Of a stretch of 64,000 nucleotides of DNA, positions 51,763 through 63,198 are shown piece after piece. The notes beneath the pieces are model-generated. The model ran no database searches. It worked only from the letters and a program-made list of their open reading frames with translations, and had not been told where the DNA came from. Both the position numbers and the translations under genes were made by a program. Source of the stretch: Nostoc sp. (GTDB lineage Bacteria; Cyanobacteriota; Cyanobacteriia; Cyanobacteriales; Nostocaceae); assembly GCA_036918135.1 (NCBI GenBank), contig JBALDB010000038.1, positions 32,001-96,000 of the forward strand, given 5' to 3'. Positions within the stretch are counted from its first letter, which is position 1; each line of letters starts with the position of its first letter.

Positions 51763-52029
51763 AAAATACTCCGTGATGTTTGTTTAGGATTTACTTGATT
51801 CCTTAGTAAGTGTTGACTGTTGACTGTTGACTGTTGAGCCTCGCCAGAAATTCTAAAGCAAGGTGTCAGGAGTTATATATTTTCTCCTTTGCTCCTTGTC
51901 CCTGAAGCCCCTCACCTTTCCATCTCCCCAGTCCCTAGTCCCCAGTCTCTTCAATTCTGATTCTGGCAATTTTTCTTAATATTGCCTAATTTTGTTTACT
52001 ATCCAGAGCCACAGCCCTATTCTAAATGC

Positions 52030-53460
52030 CTATGCAGAAATTGGTTGTCCAATGGAATGCACTTTGATTAAACTGGTTGTTCCTGATTTACCAATTGGAA
52101 CGCCAGAGGTAATCACAACCTGATCTCCCTTCTTCGCTAGACCCAAATCTAGGACTCTGTTCACCACATTTGTAAACATTTCTTCAGCATTGTGGACTGG
52201 TGGAATTAGCAAAGGTTCAACTCCCCAGGAAAGTGCTAGCTGGCGGTAAGCAGTGGCGTCAGAGGTCAAGGCAATAATTGGAGAAGTTGGGCGATATTTT
52301 GATACCATTCTTGCCGTACTCCCTGAGGTCGTGTTACAGAGAATTGCCCGTGAGCCGGTTTCATAGGCGATGCGACACACCGCTTCTGCTACAGATTCGG
52401 TGACGCTGAGACTACCAGGTTCATGACACCAAGAATGTCTGCCGCCCTCATCTAAAGCCTGTTCTGTCCGCACGGCAATGTTATGCATCATCTGCACGGC
52501 AGCGATGGGGTATTCTCCTACGGCAGTTTCACCAGAAAGCATTACCGCATCTGTACCATCCAAAATGGAGTTAGCAACATCTGTGGCCTCGGCGCGGGTG
52601 GGGTCGGGGGCGCTAATCATCGACTCTAGCATTTGCGTGGCTGTAATCACGGGCTTGCCAGCTTGATTGCAACGGCGAGTGATATCTTTTTGAATCAGAG
52701 GGACTTCATGAATCGGCATTTCCACACCCAAATCGCCACGCGCAATCATAATGCCGTCGGCAACTTTCAAAATGGAGTCAAACTGCTCTACCGCCTCTGC
52801 TCTTTCAATTTTGGCAATTAAGCGGATAGAAGCGCCAGCAGCTTCAATCATCCTTTGAGCGGGTTCTAAATCTTGTGGCGATCGCACAAAAGACACTGCC
52901 ACCCAGTCTACACCCAACTGAATCCCAAAACGCAAATCTAGCAAGTCTTTTTCGGTGATTGAACTCACTGGTAAAGGAGTTTCTGGCAGGTTTACTCCTT
53001 TATGGGTGGAAATTAACCCGCCAATTTTCACCTCTGCCCGGATGCGATCGGCATCGCGATCGGTGACAATCAACTTGACGCGACCATCATTAATTAAAAT
53101 CGGTTCGCCTGGTCGCACCATTGCAAACAAAGTCGGCAATGGTAAAGGCAATTCATCAATACTCTCACCCTTGTCTTGTAAAACAAAGGTAACTTCACTC
53201 CCAGCTTCCACATTTAACCCTTCTGGTGGTAAGATACCCAAGCGGATCTTTGGCCCACACAAATCTTGCATAATAGCGATCGGCCGTTGTTGCTCAGCAC
53301 TAATCTGCCTTAAGTACTGAGCAGTTTTAGCATGGAATTCATAGGCTCCGTGGGAAAAATTCAACCGCGCTACATTCATTCCAGCTTCTACTAAAGCTTG
53401 GAGTTTTTCAGGTGCAGATGTAGCAGGCCCAACAGTACAAATGATTTTGGTTCGACGCAT
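52030..53460 (-). CDS. pyk: Pyruvate kinase
   Basis: RRTKIICTVGP, ARLNFSHG, IAKIE, ARGDLGVE, ATQMLESM. Likely start 53460. Confidence 0.96.
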   Translation of the reverse strand: MRRTKIICTVGPATSAPEKLQALVEAGMNVARLNFSHGAYEFHAKTAQYLRQISAEQQRPIAIMQDLCGPKIRLGILPPEGLNVEAGSEVTFVLQDKGESIDELPLPLPTLFAMVRPGEPILINDGRVKLIVTDRDADRIRAEVKIGGLISTHKGVNLPETPLPVSSITEKDLLDLRFGIQLGVDWVAVSFVRSPQDLEPAQRMIEAAGASIRLIAKIERAEAVEQFDSILKVADGIMIARGDLGVEMPIHEVPLIQKDITRRCNQAGKPVITATQMLESMISAPDPTRAEATDVANSILDGTDAVMLSGETAVGEYPIAAVQMMHNIAVRTEQALDEGGRHSWCHEPGSLSVTESVAEAVCRIAYETGSRAILCNTTSGSTARMVSKYRPTSPIIALTSDATAYRQLALSWGVEPLLIPPVHNAEEMFTNVVNRVLDLGLAKKGDQVVITSGVPIGKSGTTSLIKVHSIGQPISA

Positions 53461-53833
53461 AGGGATTAGGGGTTGAGGAATAACCCGCGACATCGATGCT
53501 TGATACCAATTAACAGACTTCAAATTTTATTTAGGTTTCCCGATTTAAATCTTGAGTCTGCTTTTAGAGAATTGGTATTATGCGATGCGATCGCATAAAG
53601 CATCTAAACTCGCAGGTTTTTCATATCACTGGTTTGCTAATAAAGTTAATTTGTTTAGTCTAGTTTTCAAGGTATTTACCATTTGACCCAAATCCCAAAA
53701 GGCAAAAGTCAAAAGTCAAGAGTCAAAAGCTAATGACTAATGACCAATGACTATTGTATAGACACGATTAATGAGCTAGCGCGTTGCGGGGGTTCGCCCC
53801 GTTGTAGCGACTGGCGTCGCGTCTAATGACGAA

Positions 53834-54919
<1,086 letters not shown>

Positions 54920-55062
54920 TTAAAAGTCAAAATAGATTGCCTTTTACTCTTTACTTTATGATCGTGACAGTCTCAGTCAGCGAAGGCATATTTACTTGGC
55001 ATATTTTAAGGTTTGGGGAGGTGGAGATGTGGGGAGACGCGGGGACGCAAAGAAAAACAAAC

Positions 55063-55090
55063 GACCAATGACCAATGACCAATGACCAAT
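55063..55090. repeat. STRR heptamer tandem repeat (GACCAAT x4; TTGGTCA type)
   Basis: Direct reading. Other heptamer runs lie near 45981, 51811 and 53730. Confidence 0.8.
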
Positions 55091-55092
55091 GA

Positions 55093-56208
55093 CTAATTTT
55101 TTTGATACCGCATCCCTGGGAGTTGGGAGAGTAAACCCATAAGTTCTAACTGTAACAAAGCACTGGAAACTGAGCCAGCAGGCATATCGGTTTGCTGGAC
55201 AATTAAATCGAAGGGTAAAACATTAAAAGCGATCGCATCCATTACCCGTTGCAATTCGGGTGATAAAGTTGGCATTAACTGTTGTACTGTTGACAATTGC
55301 TCAACTTCATCAATTTGTGGTATTGCTCCCAGCATTGTTAATAATTCGTCTAATTCTTTGAGAATTAAAGAAGCACCTTGAGTTAGTAACTTTAAGCAAC
55401 CTTGGGATTGATAATCGTCCACTCTTCCTGGTAATGCATAGACATCTCTACCAAATTCATTGGCATAGGTGGCTGTAATTAAAGCGCCAGATTTTAATGG
55501 GGCTTCTATCACCAGGATAGCGCGGCTCATCCCTGCAATGATGCGGTTGCGGCGGGGAAAGTGAGTGCGATCGGGTGGGGTTTTTGTGGGATACTCGCTC
55601 ACAACTAACCCAGCCGTCAAAATTTGCTTGTACAAATCTCGATTTTTCTGCGGATAAATAACATCTACACCAGTTCCTAAAACTGCAATTGTCCGTCCAC
55701 CAGCTTTCATGGTGGCAGCGTGGCTTTCTGTATCAATTCCCTCTGCCATCCCAGAAACCACTGTAAAGCCATTTTTCGCCAAAGCTGTGCTAATTTGGCG
55801 AGTCCAACGAATCCCATATTCTGAAGGGCGGCGGGTTCCGACAATCCCAACTAGGGGTTTTTGTCCGAGATTTTCTTGCAGCTCGACTTCACCGCGATAG
55901 TACAAAATTGGCGGCGGACTGGGGGTTTCCAATAGTAAGCGGGGATAATCTGCATCTGCTGGAGTCCAGAAATAAGGGTTTTCCTGTTGGTGTTTGGTGA
56001 ATAGCTGTTCTGGATGTAGGCGCGATCGCTGTTGTACTATTTTTTCAAGTATTTGAAAACCAAAACCCTCTACTTCTCCTAACTGTATCTTGGTAGCGTT
56101 CCAAGCGGTTTCCAGAGTGCCAAAATGCTGTTGTAGCCGTCGCAGTAATACCGGGCCAATCCCCGAAATTTGCGACCAAGCTACCCAATACGCACTTTCT
56201 TCTACCAC
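55093..56208 (-). CDS. dprA: DNA-processing protein DprA
   Basis: IVGTR, VVSGMAEGIDTESH, FPRRNRIIAG, SGALITA, winged-helix tail. Confidence 0.95.
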   Translation of the reverse strand: MVEESAYWVAWSQISGIGPVLLRRLQQHFGTLETAWNATKIQLGEVEGFGFQILEKIVQQRSRLHPEQLFTKHQQENPYFWTPADADYPRLLLETPSPPPILYYRGEVELQENLGQKPLVGIVGTRRPSEYGIRWTRQISTALAKNGFTVVSGMAEGIDTESHAATMKAGGRTIAVLGTGVDVIYPQKNRDLYKQILTAGLVVSEYPTKTPPDRTHFPRRNRIIAGMSRAILVIEAPLKSGALITATYANEFGRDVYALPGRVDDYQSQGCLKLLTQGASLILKELDELLTMLGAIPQIDEVEQLSTVQQLMPTLSPELQRVMDAIAFNVLPFDLIVQQTDMPAGSVSSALLQLELMGLLSQLPGMRYQKN

Positions 56209-56326
56209 TTTTTTATCCTCACGCCTACTGATTTGAGTATTCCCAAAATCAAGTAATAAATTCTTGACTCTTGACTCTTAACCATTGAATATTGACTATT
56301 GACTATTAGTTCTTTCACTAACTTTT

Positions 56327-57466
56327 GTGATGAAATCTTTTTATCGTCTTTTACTACGCCTATCTGGTTACTCAATCTTTCCACTACTGCATAGTATTTT
56401 AGGTGTATCGCCTACTTTAGCAGCCGAGACAGTTGTTGTTAGATACGGTTTATTTGAGCAATCGATTCCTGTGGCAGATATACGTAACTATGGCGAGACA
56501 CAAAAAGTTTCCGACGATTTGAAGTCTATCTTAGGTCGTCTCAGCCCTGAAGAAAAACAGAAGTTCCAAAATGCATTGCAAGTGAAGATGTCGCTTGATA
56601 TTGTGGCTTTAGACAAGCTGGTAAACACACAAACGGGCAAGCAAGTTTTATATTTTGTTTCCCAAGCGATCGCCCGTCGCGACCAAGCTAGTATCCCAGC
56701 ACTACGAGCTGCTATTATCTTGGGAGCAAAATCACCAGAAGGTTTAGGACTCCTGACATTTTTAGAAGCCTATCCCAGTAATGAACTAGTCATTGATGTG
56801 TCAAAAATTTCCCGAATAGTCGGCATGGCAGATTCATCTTCTGGTTCTACTAATACACCGCCAAAGGACAATGTAACTTCTTCTCCTTTAGGGAAAATTG
56901 CGCTGCAATATCAGACAATCGCCGCCCAAGATAAACAGTTTTCAGGTTGTTTATTTGGTGATTCTGTTTCGGCTGAACTTGGCAATACCCTTGGTAGGGG
57001 TACTTTTAATTTTGGGTTAAATGGCTTGAGTACAATTTCATTATTAGAACAGCTCAAGACTTTAACTCCTACTAAGGTAAAATGCGAAAAAGCGATTATT
57101 GCCGTAGGTGGAAATGATGCTTGGTATGGAATTAGTGATGAATTGTTTAGCAAGAATCTCCAAGAGGCGATCGCACTTGTCCGCACAATGGGAACTAAAG
57201 AGGTTTTTCTGATTCCGGCCTTTTATTCAACAGCTGAGGTTAGTTCAAATCCAACTGTTGCGGCACCCAATTCTAGAGTCGAACAAATTAATGCTCTAAT
57301 TAATCAAGTTGGCGAAACAGAAAAAGTACCAGTTGCCGCAGCCGGAGTAGCACCATTGTATGAAAATAACGTTCTGAAAAAGGATTTTACCAATGATGGC
57401 GACCATCTCAATGCAGAAGGATTAAAGATTTATCGACAAGCATTACTACAAATTCTAGGAAAGTAA
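56327..57466 (+). CDS. DUF1400-type N-terminal domain fused to an SGNH/GDSL hydrolase
   Basis: AAETVVVRYG...ALRAAIILGA...LTFLEAYPS N-domain; FGDS, GGND and DGDH SGNH blocks. Confidence 0.78.
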   Translation: MMKSFYRLLLRLSGYSIFPLLHSILGVSPTLAAETVVVRYGLFEQSIPVADIRNYGETQKVSDDLKSILGRLSPEEKQKFQNALQVKMSLDIVALDKLVNTQTGKQVLYFVSQAIARRDQASIPALRAAIILGAKSPEGLGLLTFLEAYPSNELVIDVSKISRIVGMADSSSGSTNTPPKDNVTSSPLGKIALQYQTIAAQDKQFSGCLFGDSVSAELGNTLGRGTFNFGLNGLSTISLLEQLKTLTPTKVKCEKAIIAVGGNDAWYGISDELFSKNLQEAIALVRTMGTKEVFLIPAFYSTAEVSSNPTVAAPNSRVEQINALINQVGETEKVPVAAAGVAPLYENNVLKKDFTNDGDHLNAEGLKIYRQALLQILGK

Positions 57467-57733
57467 TCTTAAAAGCGATCGCTGTTTAATTTTTTCAGGA
57501 ATACCAACAACTGCGATCGTTTTTTATAATCTTCGTTTAATAAAACGCAAAGGAACGCAAAGTAAAGCGCAGAGGTACGCGAAGAAAAAACTCTGCCTAT
57601 GATTGCGTTTAACCTTTGGGTGTCCACCGTACCCCTGCTCTTAAGCAAGCTAGCAAGAGCGTCTTTGAAGGAGTTACATTGCTGCAAATCGACACTCATA
57701 CTTTTGTATGCGTTGAAAAATAATTTATCCAAA

Positions 57734-58750
57734 TTATTCGATCGTTCTATCCCTAATTAGCAAAACAATTTTACCTGTTACAGTGCCACTTTCAAGTAAT
57801 TGGTGAGCTTTAGCGGCTTCTTCTAAAGGAAACTTGTGACTAACATGAATTTTTAACTTACCTTCGTCGATCCAAGTGGCAGATTGTTCGAGAATTTCTG
57901 CATGATGCTGGAGACTTTCTGATAATCCTAATAATGCTGGTGCCAGCATTAATTCTAACCCGATGCGGAGATTACGTAGTCTAGCAGTTTTCCAAACAGT
58001 ATTGGCATCTGGTTCCAGAATTGTCACAATATCACCATATACTCGTACTGCGGGAAAAGTTTTGTGAAAAGTTTCGCCACCTACAGTATCAAAAGCTAAC
58101 TCTACGCCTTCGCCGTTAGTCCAATCTAATACCGCTTGCACAAAGTCAGTTTGTTTGTATAAGATTGCATGGTCAGCACCTAATTGTTTGACGAAATTAG
58201 CTTTTTCCTCAGAACCCACTGTGGTAGAAACAGTAGCACCTTTTAGTTTCGCCAATTGAATTGCTACATGCCCGACACCACCAGCACCGGCATGAATCAA
58301 AACTCGTTCCCCAGGTGCCAATCGTCCTCGTTCGTATAAAGCTTCCCAAGCTGTGATTAAGACTAAAGGTGCTGCTGCTGCTTCGGCAAAGGAGATAGAC
58401 GCAGGTTTACGTGCCACAAACCGCTCATCTACAACGGTAAATTCGGCATAATTGCCTCGATCTGCACCCAAACCACCATAGCAAAAATATACCTCGTCGC
58501 CTGAGCGAAAACGTTGCACGCTAGCACCCACAGCTTCCACAATACCTGCACCATCACATCCTAAAACTGTTGGCAGGCGATCGGGGTAAAAAGTACCTCG
58601 GCTACGAAGTTTGGTATCAATAGGGTTCACACCAGCCGCCACTAAGCGGATTAAAAGTTCAGTATTTCCTACGGGAACACCAGGGTTTGGCACTTCTTGT
58701 ACTTGCAGAACTTCCGGACTGCCAGCTGCTGTCATTAAGACTGCTTTCAC
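57734..58750 (-). CDS. MDR-family (zinc-type alcohol dehydrogenase-like) quinone oxidoreductase
   Basis: AAGVNPID, LGCDGAG, HAGAGGVG, GKIVL. Confidence 0.92.
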   Translation of the reverse strand: MKAVLMTAAGSPEVLQVQEVPNPGVPVGNTELLIRLVAAGVNPIDTKLRSRGTFYPDRLPTVLGCDGAGIVEAVGASVQRFRSGDEVYFCYGGLGADRGNYAEFTVVDERFVARKPASISFAEAAAAPLVLITAWEALYERGRLAPGERVLIHAGAGGVGHVAIQLAKLKGATVSTTVGSEEKANFVKQLGADHAILYKQTDFVQAVLDWTNGEGVELAFDTVGGETFHKTFPAVRVYGDIVTILEPDANTVWKTARLRNLRIGLELMLAPALLGLSESLQHHAEILEQSATWIDEGKLKIHVSHKFPLEEAAKAHQLLESGTVTGKIVLLIRDRTIE

Positions 58751-58957
58751 GACTTTTTCCTCTTGCCTCTAGATGCACGGTTATTTGCAACTTTAGCGCA
58801 ATCGGGTGGACACACAAAAGAGGGTAGGAATTCCTCAAGCGTTGGGAGCATAGATAGCACGTGCCTCAATCTGAACACCAAGAGTCTGACCTTCCTCCGC
58901 AGTAGGGATGTTGTGTAGGGAAGTCTTTTGAAAGAACGATGTCTTAGCACTAACAGA

Positions 58958-59245
58958 TCAATAATTTTCTTTATCTGTACTTGAGTGAATAGCTTTGTTT
59001 AAATCCCGCAGCAAATCTTCTTCCGCATCCCGCTCTTGCTTGAGTTCTCGAATCATTTCTTGACTAGAACCAATCAGTAAGCCAGCAACTGCACCGACAA
59101 TGGCGTATTTTTGCTCCAAATTTTTATACATTTGACTGGTGTAAGGGCAAGGAAGTAAACTAGCAGTAATAAAACCAATTCCTGCACCCACAAATGCTGT
59201 CACCAAGCCAGAGAAAGCGATTAATTTAGCGTTCACTTGCTTCAC
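58958..59245 (-). CDS. Small two-TM hypothetical membrane protein
   Basis: Two Gly-rich hydrophobic helices, charged tail, GGA RBS and GTG start. Confidence 0.7.
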   Translation of the reverse strand: MKQVNAKLIAFSGLVTAFVGAGIGFITASLLPCPYTSQMYKNLEQKYAIVGAVAGLLIGSSQEMIRELKQERDAEEDLLRDLNKAIHSSTDKENY

Positions 59246-59456
59246 TCCAATGCTTATAAATTTGCTAAATAATCAGAAGATACTCTACATTGTCTCAGCG
59301 GTTTCCAAAGTTGTAACTTAATCTTTATCTCTTGTAATAGAAAGTAGAGTTGGGCAGGGGAGGAGGGAGCAGGGGGCAGGGGGAAAGAGGGTTTTCTAGT
59401 TTCTGCATAGATTACAGGAATTATAACTAATTAACCGGACATGATATCAAAGGTAT

Positions 59457-59757
59457 GTTCATTGAATTTGGGCAGCCGTTTATTAAATTTGGGCAGTCGT
59501 TCATCGAATTTGGAGTGTTGTTTATTGAATTCGGGCGGCCGTTTATTGAATTCGGGCGGCCGTTTATTGAATTTGGGCGGCCGTTTATTGAATTTGGGCG
59601 GCCGTTTATTGAATTTGGGCGGCCGTTTATTGAATTCGGGCGGCCGTTTATTGAATTCGGGGTGTCGTTTATTGAATTCGGGGTGTCGTTTATTGAATTC
59701 GGGCGGCCGTTTATTGAATTCGGGGTGTCGTTTATTGAATTCGGGGTGTCGTTTATT
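59457..59757. repeat. Intergenic 21-nt tandem array, 14 full units plus a partial
   Basis: Consensus GTTTATTGAATTYGGG(CGGCC/GTGTC), with no spacers. Confidence 0.92.
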
Positions 59758-59849
59758 ATAGCCGTAGTCACATAGGTTAGGACATAATAACAAGGGTGAA
59801 AGCTAGGAATAGTAATAGTTTTACCTCCTGCCTTCTGCCTCCTGCTATA
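59757..59849. mobile_element. TATAGC...GCTATA MITE-like element, copy 4
   Basis: Closely similar to 6657-6749; abuts the 21-nt array. Confidence 0.75.
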
Positions 59850-59863
59850 TTTTTGTTCAATTT

Positions 59864-62800
59864 TCAATCACTCGAATCATTAGGTCTGTTCTCATCAGTG
59901 TTTTGCTTGATAATCACAGATGAATGTTGATGAGCGTTCGTCGTTGGCGTTGGCGTCTCCGTTCGCGCAGCCTCTCGTAGAGAAGTCTCTTGAACAGAAG
60001 GCATCGCTGTTGATTGTCCATCCTCGTTTCCATCTGGAGATGGTGGTTGGGAGCGATTAGTAGGTTTATGTTTCAAGAAGCGATCTTCCAAAGTCTTAAT
60101 GATTACATACAGCACTGGAACAAAGAGCAAACTTAAAATCGTTGCCACGAGTAACCCGCCAAACAAAGCCGTTCCTAAAGACCAGCGCGAGGCAGAACCC
60201 GCTCCGGTGGCGATTACCAGAGGGAAAAATCCGAGCAGTGCTGCACTCGAAGTCATGACAATTGGTCGAAACCGTTCTTCGGCTGCGGTCAAGGCTGCCT
60301 GTGGAATTGCCATACCCCCTTCATAAGCTTGGTTAGCAAACTCGACGATCAAAATGGCATTTTTCGAGGCGAGTCCGATCAGCATTACCAGCGCCACGTT
60401 CGCGTAGACATCGTTTACCAAACCGCGCAAGGCTAGCGCACTCAACGCACCTAACAACGCTAACGGTACGGTCAACAAAATAATCGTGGGATCGATATAA
60501 CTTTCATACTGAGCGGCAAGTGTGAGAAACACCATAATGATCCCGAAGCCAAAAATGAGAATGCCCAAGTTACCTGCACTTAATTCTTCGCGGGCAGTTC
60601 CGATCCAGTCACTACCAACCCCCGGTGTTGCTACGGCGTTCACCGCTTGCTGCATTGCCTGGATTGCTTGTCCACTGCTGTAGCCCGATGCTTCTCTGCC
60701 TTGCAGATCGATGGCGCGGAAGCCATTGTAGTGATTGATTACAGATGGGCCTGTAATTGGCGTGAGTGTTGCAACCTCGCTCAATCGCACCATTTGATTA
60801 TTTGTCGATCGCACATAAAGCTGACGAATATCATCGGGCGATCGCCGATAGTTGCCGTCTGCCTGAACATAAACGCGATAGCTCTGCTGTCCAAGGATAA
60901 AATCGTTGACATACTGCGAACCAATGGCGGTTCCAAGTGTGCTGACAGCATCCTGAAAATTGACGTTGAGGGCTTCGAGGCGATCGCGATCGAAGTCGAT
61001 TTGAAACTGTGGGGTATTGGCGGTGAACTGCGTAAACACAGCGCCTTTGAGAGCTGGTTGTTGATTTGCTTGCGCGATAATCGCTTGGGCATTGGCGAAA
61101 AAATCATCAATTGTTAGTCGCCCGTTGGTGCGGTCTTCAAGCTGCAACTCAAATCCACCCAACGTACTAAAGCCTTGAATTGGTGGGGGACTGACTGCGG
61201 TGATTACGGCTTCGGGAATCCCTTGAAATCCGCCATTAATTCGGGTCAAAATTGCAGACGCACTTTGATCGGATTTGCTGCGATCTTCCCACGGCTTGAG
61301 TTGAGCAAAGAACACGCCGCGATTTGACCCACTGCCTGCAAACCCAAATCCTGAAGTCGCAAAAATATTATTAATCTCTGGTTCTTTTTGGAGAATTTGT
61401 TCAACTTTTTCGAGTACTCGATCGGTATAGCCGAGAGCAACTCCATCCGGGGCTTGAATAATACCTAACAGAATGCCCTGGTCTTCACTGGGAACAAACC
61501 CAGTCGGAACATGGGTGAACATAAAGTAGGTCGCAGCTAAACCGACCACAAACAATCCAATCACAAAGTAACGAACGCGAATCAGAAAATTGACGATCGC
61601 TAAATACCGTTGAATAATCCATGCCAAAATTTGATTAAATTTGTTAAAAAACCAGCCAAGCGGGCCGCGTTTGGGTCGTGGCGGACGCAGCAAAATCGCA
61701 GACATACTGGGACTGAATGAAAGCGCATTAAACGCTGAAATCGCGATCGAAAAGGCAATTACTAAGGCGAACTGCTGATACATTCTCCCAGTCGAACCCG
61801 GAAAAAACGCTACTGGAATAAACACCGCCATCAACACCAACGACGTTGCCAGCACTGCTCCAGTAAGTTCGTCCATTGCCTCGATTGACGCTTGAAACGG
61901 TCGCACTCCCTGTTCAATTTTGCGGGCGACTGCCTCAACGACAATAATTGCATCATCTACGACTAATCCGGTCGCCAAAATTAAACCAAATAAGGTCAAA
62001 TTATTTAACGAGAATCCAAACACGTAAGCAAATGCTAATGCGCCAATCAGCGAAACCGGAATCGCAATAATCGGAATAATTGTGGCTCGCCAGTCTTGGA
62101 GAAACAGAAAAATCACGAGGACGACTAAGGCGATCGCTTCCACAAGCGTTTTCACGACTTCTTCGAGTGATGCTTGCACAAACCCAACAGTATCGTAAAC
62201 AATCTTGGCTTGTAATCCGGGCGGAAACTCTTTCATCAGCTCATTCATTTGCGCTTCAACGTTTTTTGCCACATCCAGCGCATTACTACCTGGTAACTGA
62301 TAAATTGCAATGCCGATCGCCGGCTTGCCATTATTTTTTGCATTACTAGCGTAAGTCTCCGAGCCGAGTTCGGCATGACCGACATCTTTGAGTTTAATTA
62401 AGTTGCCATCACTCCCGGCTTTGATGACGAGATTCTCAAATCCTGATGCATCTTTGAATTGACCATTGACTCGCAGCGGAATTTCATAACTTTGACCTGG
62501 AGGCACAGGCTGTTGACCCAACGTTCCGGCTCCGGCGAGAATGTTTTGCGATCGCAGTGCCGTTGCCACATCTGTCACGGTTAATTGCCGACTCGCCAGT
62601 GCATTGGGATCGAGCCACAACCGCATTGCATACTCTTTTTCACCAAAAATTGTGATATCGCCAACTCCCGGTGTTCTCAGCAGTTGATCCCGCAAATTGA
62701 GGTCAATATAGTTACTAATAAACAGCGCGTCATACTCATTATTTTGGGGATAAAGCGCGTACACTAACAAAATACTGGTCGAAGACGTTTGCGCTGTCAC

Positions 62801-63181
62801 ACCGAATTGTTGCACGGTCGTTGGCAAGCGAGGTGTAGCACGGGAAATGCGATTTTGCACGTTCACTTGGTCAATATTTTTATCCGTCTGTGACTCGAAA
62901 TACACTGAAATTTGGCTACTACCTGCGGAACTGTTCGAGGTCATGTACTGCATTCCCTCAACGCCGTTAATCTGTCGCTCCAACGTCGTTGTCACGGCAG
63001 TTTCGACGGTTTCTACATCCGCCCCAGTATAGGTGGCTGAGACTTGAACGCGAATCGGCGCAATATCTGGCAAGTAATTGAGCGGCAGTAATGGAATACA
63101 CACTCCCCCCAAAATCAGAATCACTAAAGTGCAAACGGTACTTAATACCGGGCGTTTGATGAAGGTGTTAGCGATCGACAT
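59864..63181 (-). CDS. RND efflux permease (AcrB/HAE1 family)
   Basis: FIKRPV, GLVVDDAIIVVE, KNAILIVEFA, RFRPIVMTS; 12-TM layout. Confidence 0.96.
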   Translation of the reverse strand: MSIANTFIKRPVLSTVCTLVILILGGVCIPLLPLNYLPDIAPIRVQVSATYTGADVETVETAVTTTLERQINGVEGMQYMTSNSSAGSSQISVYFESQTDKNIDQVNVQNRISRATPRLPTTVQQFGVTAQTSSTSILLVYALYPQNNEYDALFISNYIDLNLRDQLLRTPGVGDITIFGEKEYAMRLWLDPNALASRQLTVTDVATALRSQNILAGAGTLGQQPVPPGQSYEIPLRVNGQFKDASGFENLVIKAGSDGNLIKLKDVGHAELGSETYASNAKNNGKPAIGIAIYQLPGSNALDVAKNVEAQMNELMKEFPPGLQAKIVYDTVGFVQASLEEVVKTLVEAIALVVLVIFLFLQDWRATIIPIIAIPVSLIGALAFAYVFGFSLNNLTLFGLILATGLVVDDAIIVVEAVARKIEQGVRPFQASIEAMDELTGAVLATSLVLMAVFIPVAFFPGSTGRMYQQFALVIAFSIAISAFNALSFSPSMSAILLRPPRPKRGPLGWFFNKFNQILAWIIQRYLAIVNFLIRVRYFVIGLFVVGLAATYFMFTHVPTGFVPSEDQGILLGIIQAPDGVALGYTDRVLEKVEQILQKEPEINNIFATSGFGFAGSGSNRGVFFAQLKPWEDRSKSDQSASAILTRINGGFQGIPEAVITAVSPPPIQGFSTLGGFELQLEDRTNGRLTIDDFFANAQAIIAQANQQPALKGAVFTQFTANTPQFQIDFDRDRLEALNVNFQDAVSTLGTAIGSQYVNDFILGQQSYRVYVQADGNYRRSPDDIRQLYVRSTNNQMVRLSEVATLTPITGPSVINHYNGFRAIDLQGREASGYSSGQAIQAMQQAVNAVATPGVGSDWIGTAREELSAGNLGILIFGFGIIMVFLTLAAQYESYIDPTIILLTVPLALLGALSALALRGLVNDVYANVALVMLIGLASKNAILIVEFANQAYEGGMAIPQAALTAAEERFRPIVMTSSAALLGFFPLVIATGAGSASRWSLGTALFGGLLVATILSLLFVPVLYVIIKTLEDRFLKHKPTNRSQPPSPDGNEDGQSTAMPSVQETSLREAARTETPTPTTNAHQHSSVIIKQNTDENRPNDSSD

Positions 63182-63198
63182 GATCGGATGTCCTGGAT

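Noticed and set aside
57469..57732. 87-aa ORF between convergent genes
   Set aside because: Weak start, crosses CGCAAAG/CGCAGAG repeats, and has no recognisable motif.
58751..58957. Riboswitch or 67-aa gene upstream of the oxidoreductase
   Set aside because: Relatively GC-rich, but I could not match it to any known RNA motif and the ORF has no recognisable features. An Rfam/Infernal scan would be needed.
59457..59757. CRISPR array
   Set aside because: Units are contiguous 21-mers with no unique spacers, and no cas genes are in the window.
59427..59867. Four overlapping heptad-repeat ORFs
   Set aside because: By-products of the 21-nt array and adjacent MITE, with no evidence favouring any frame.
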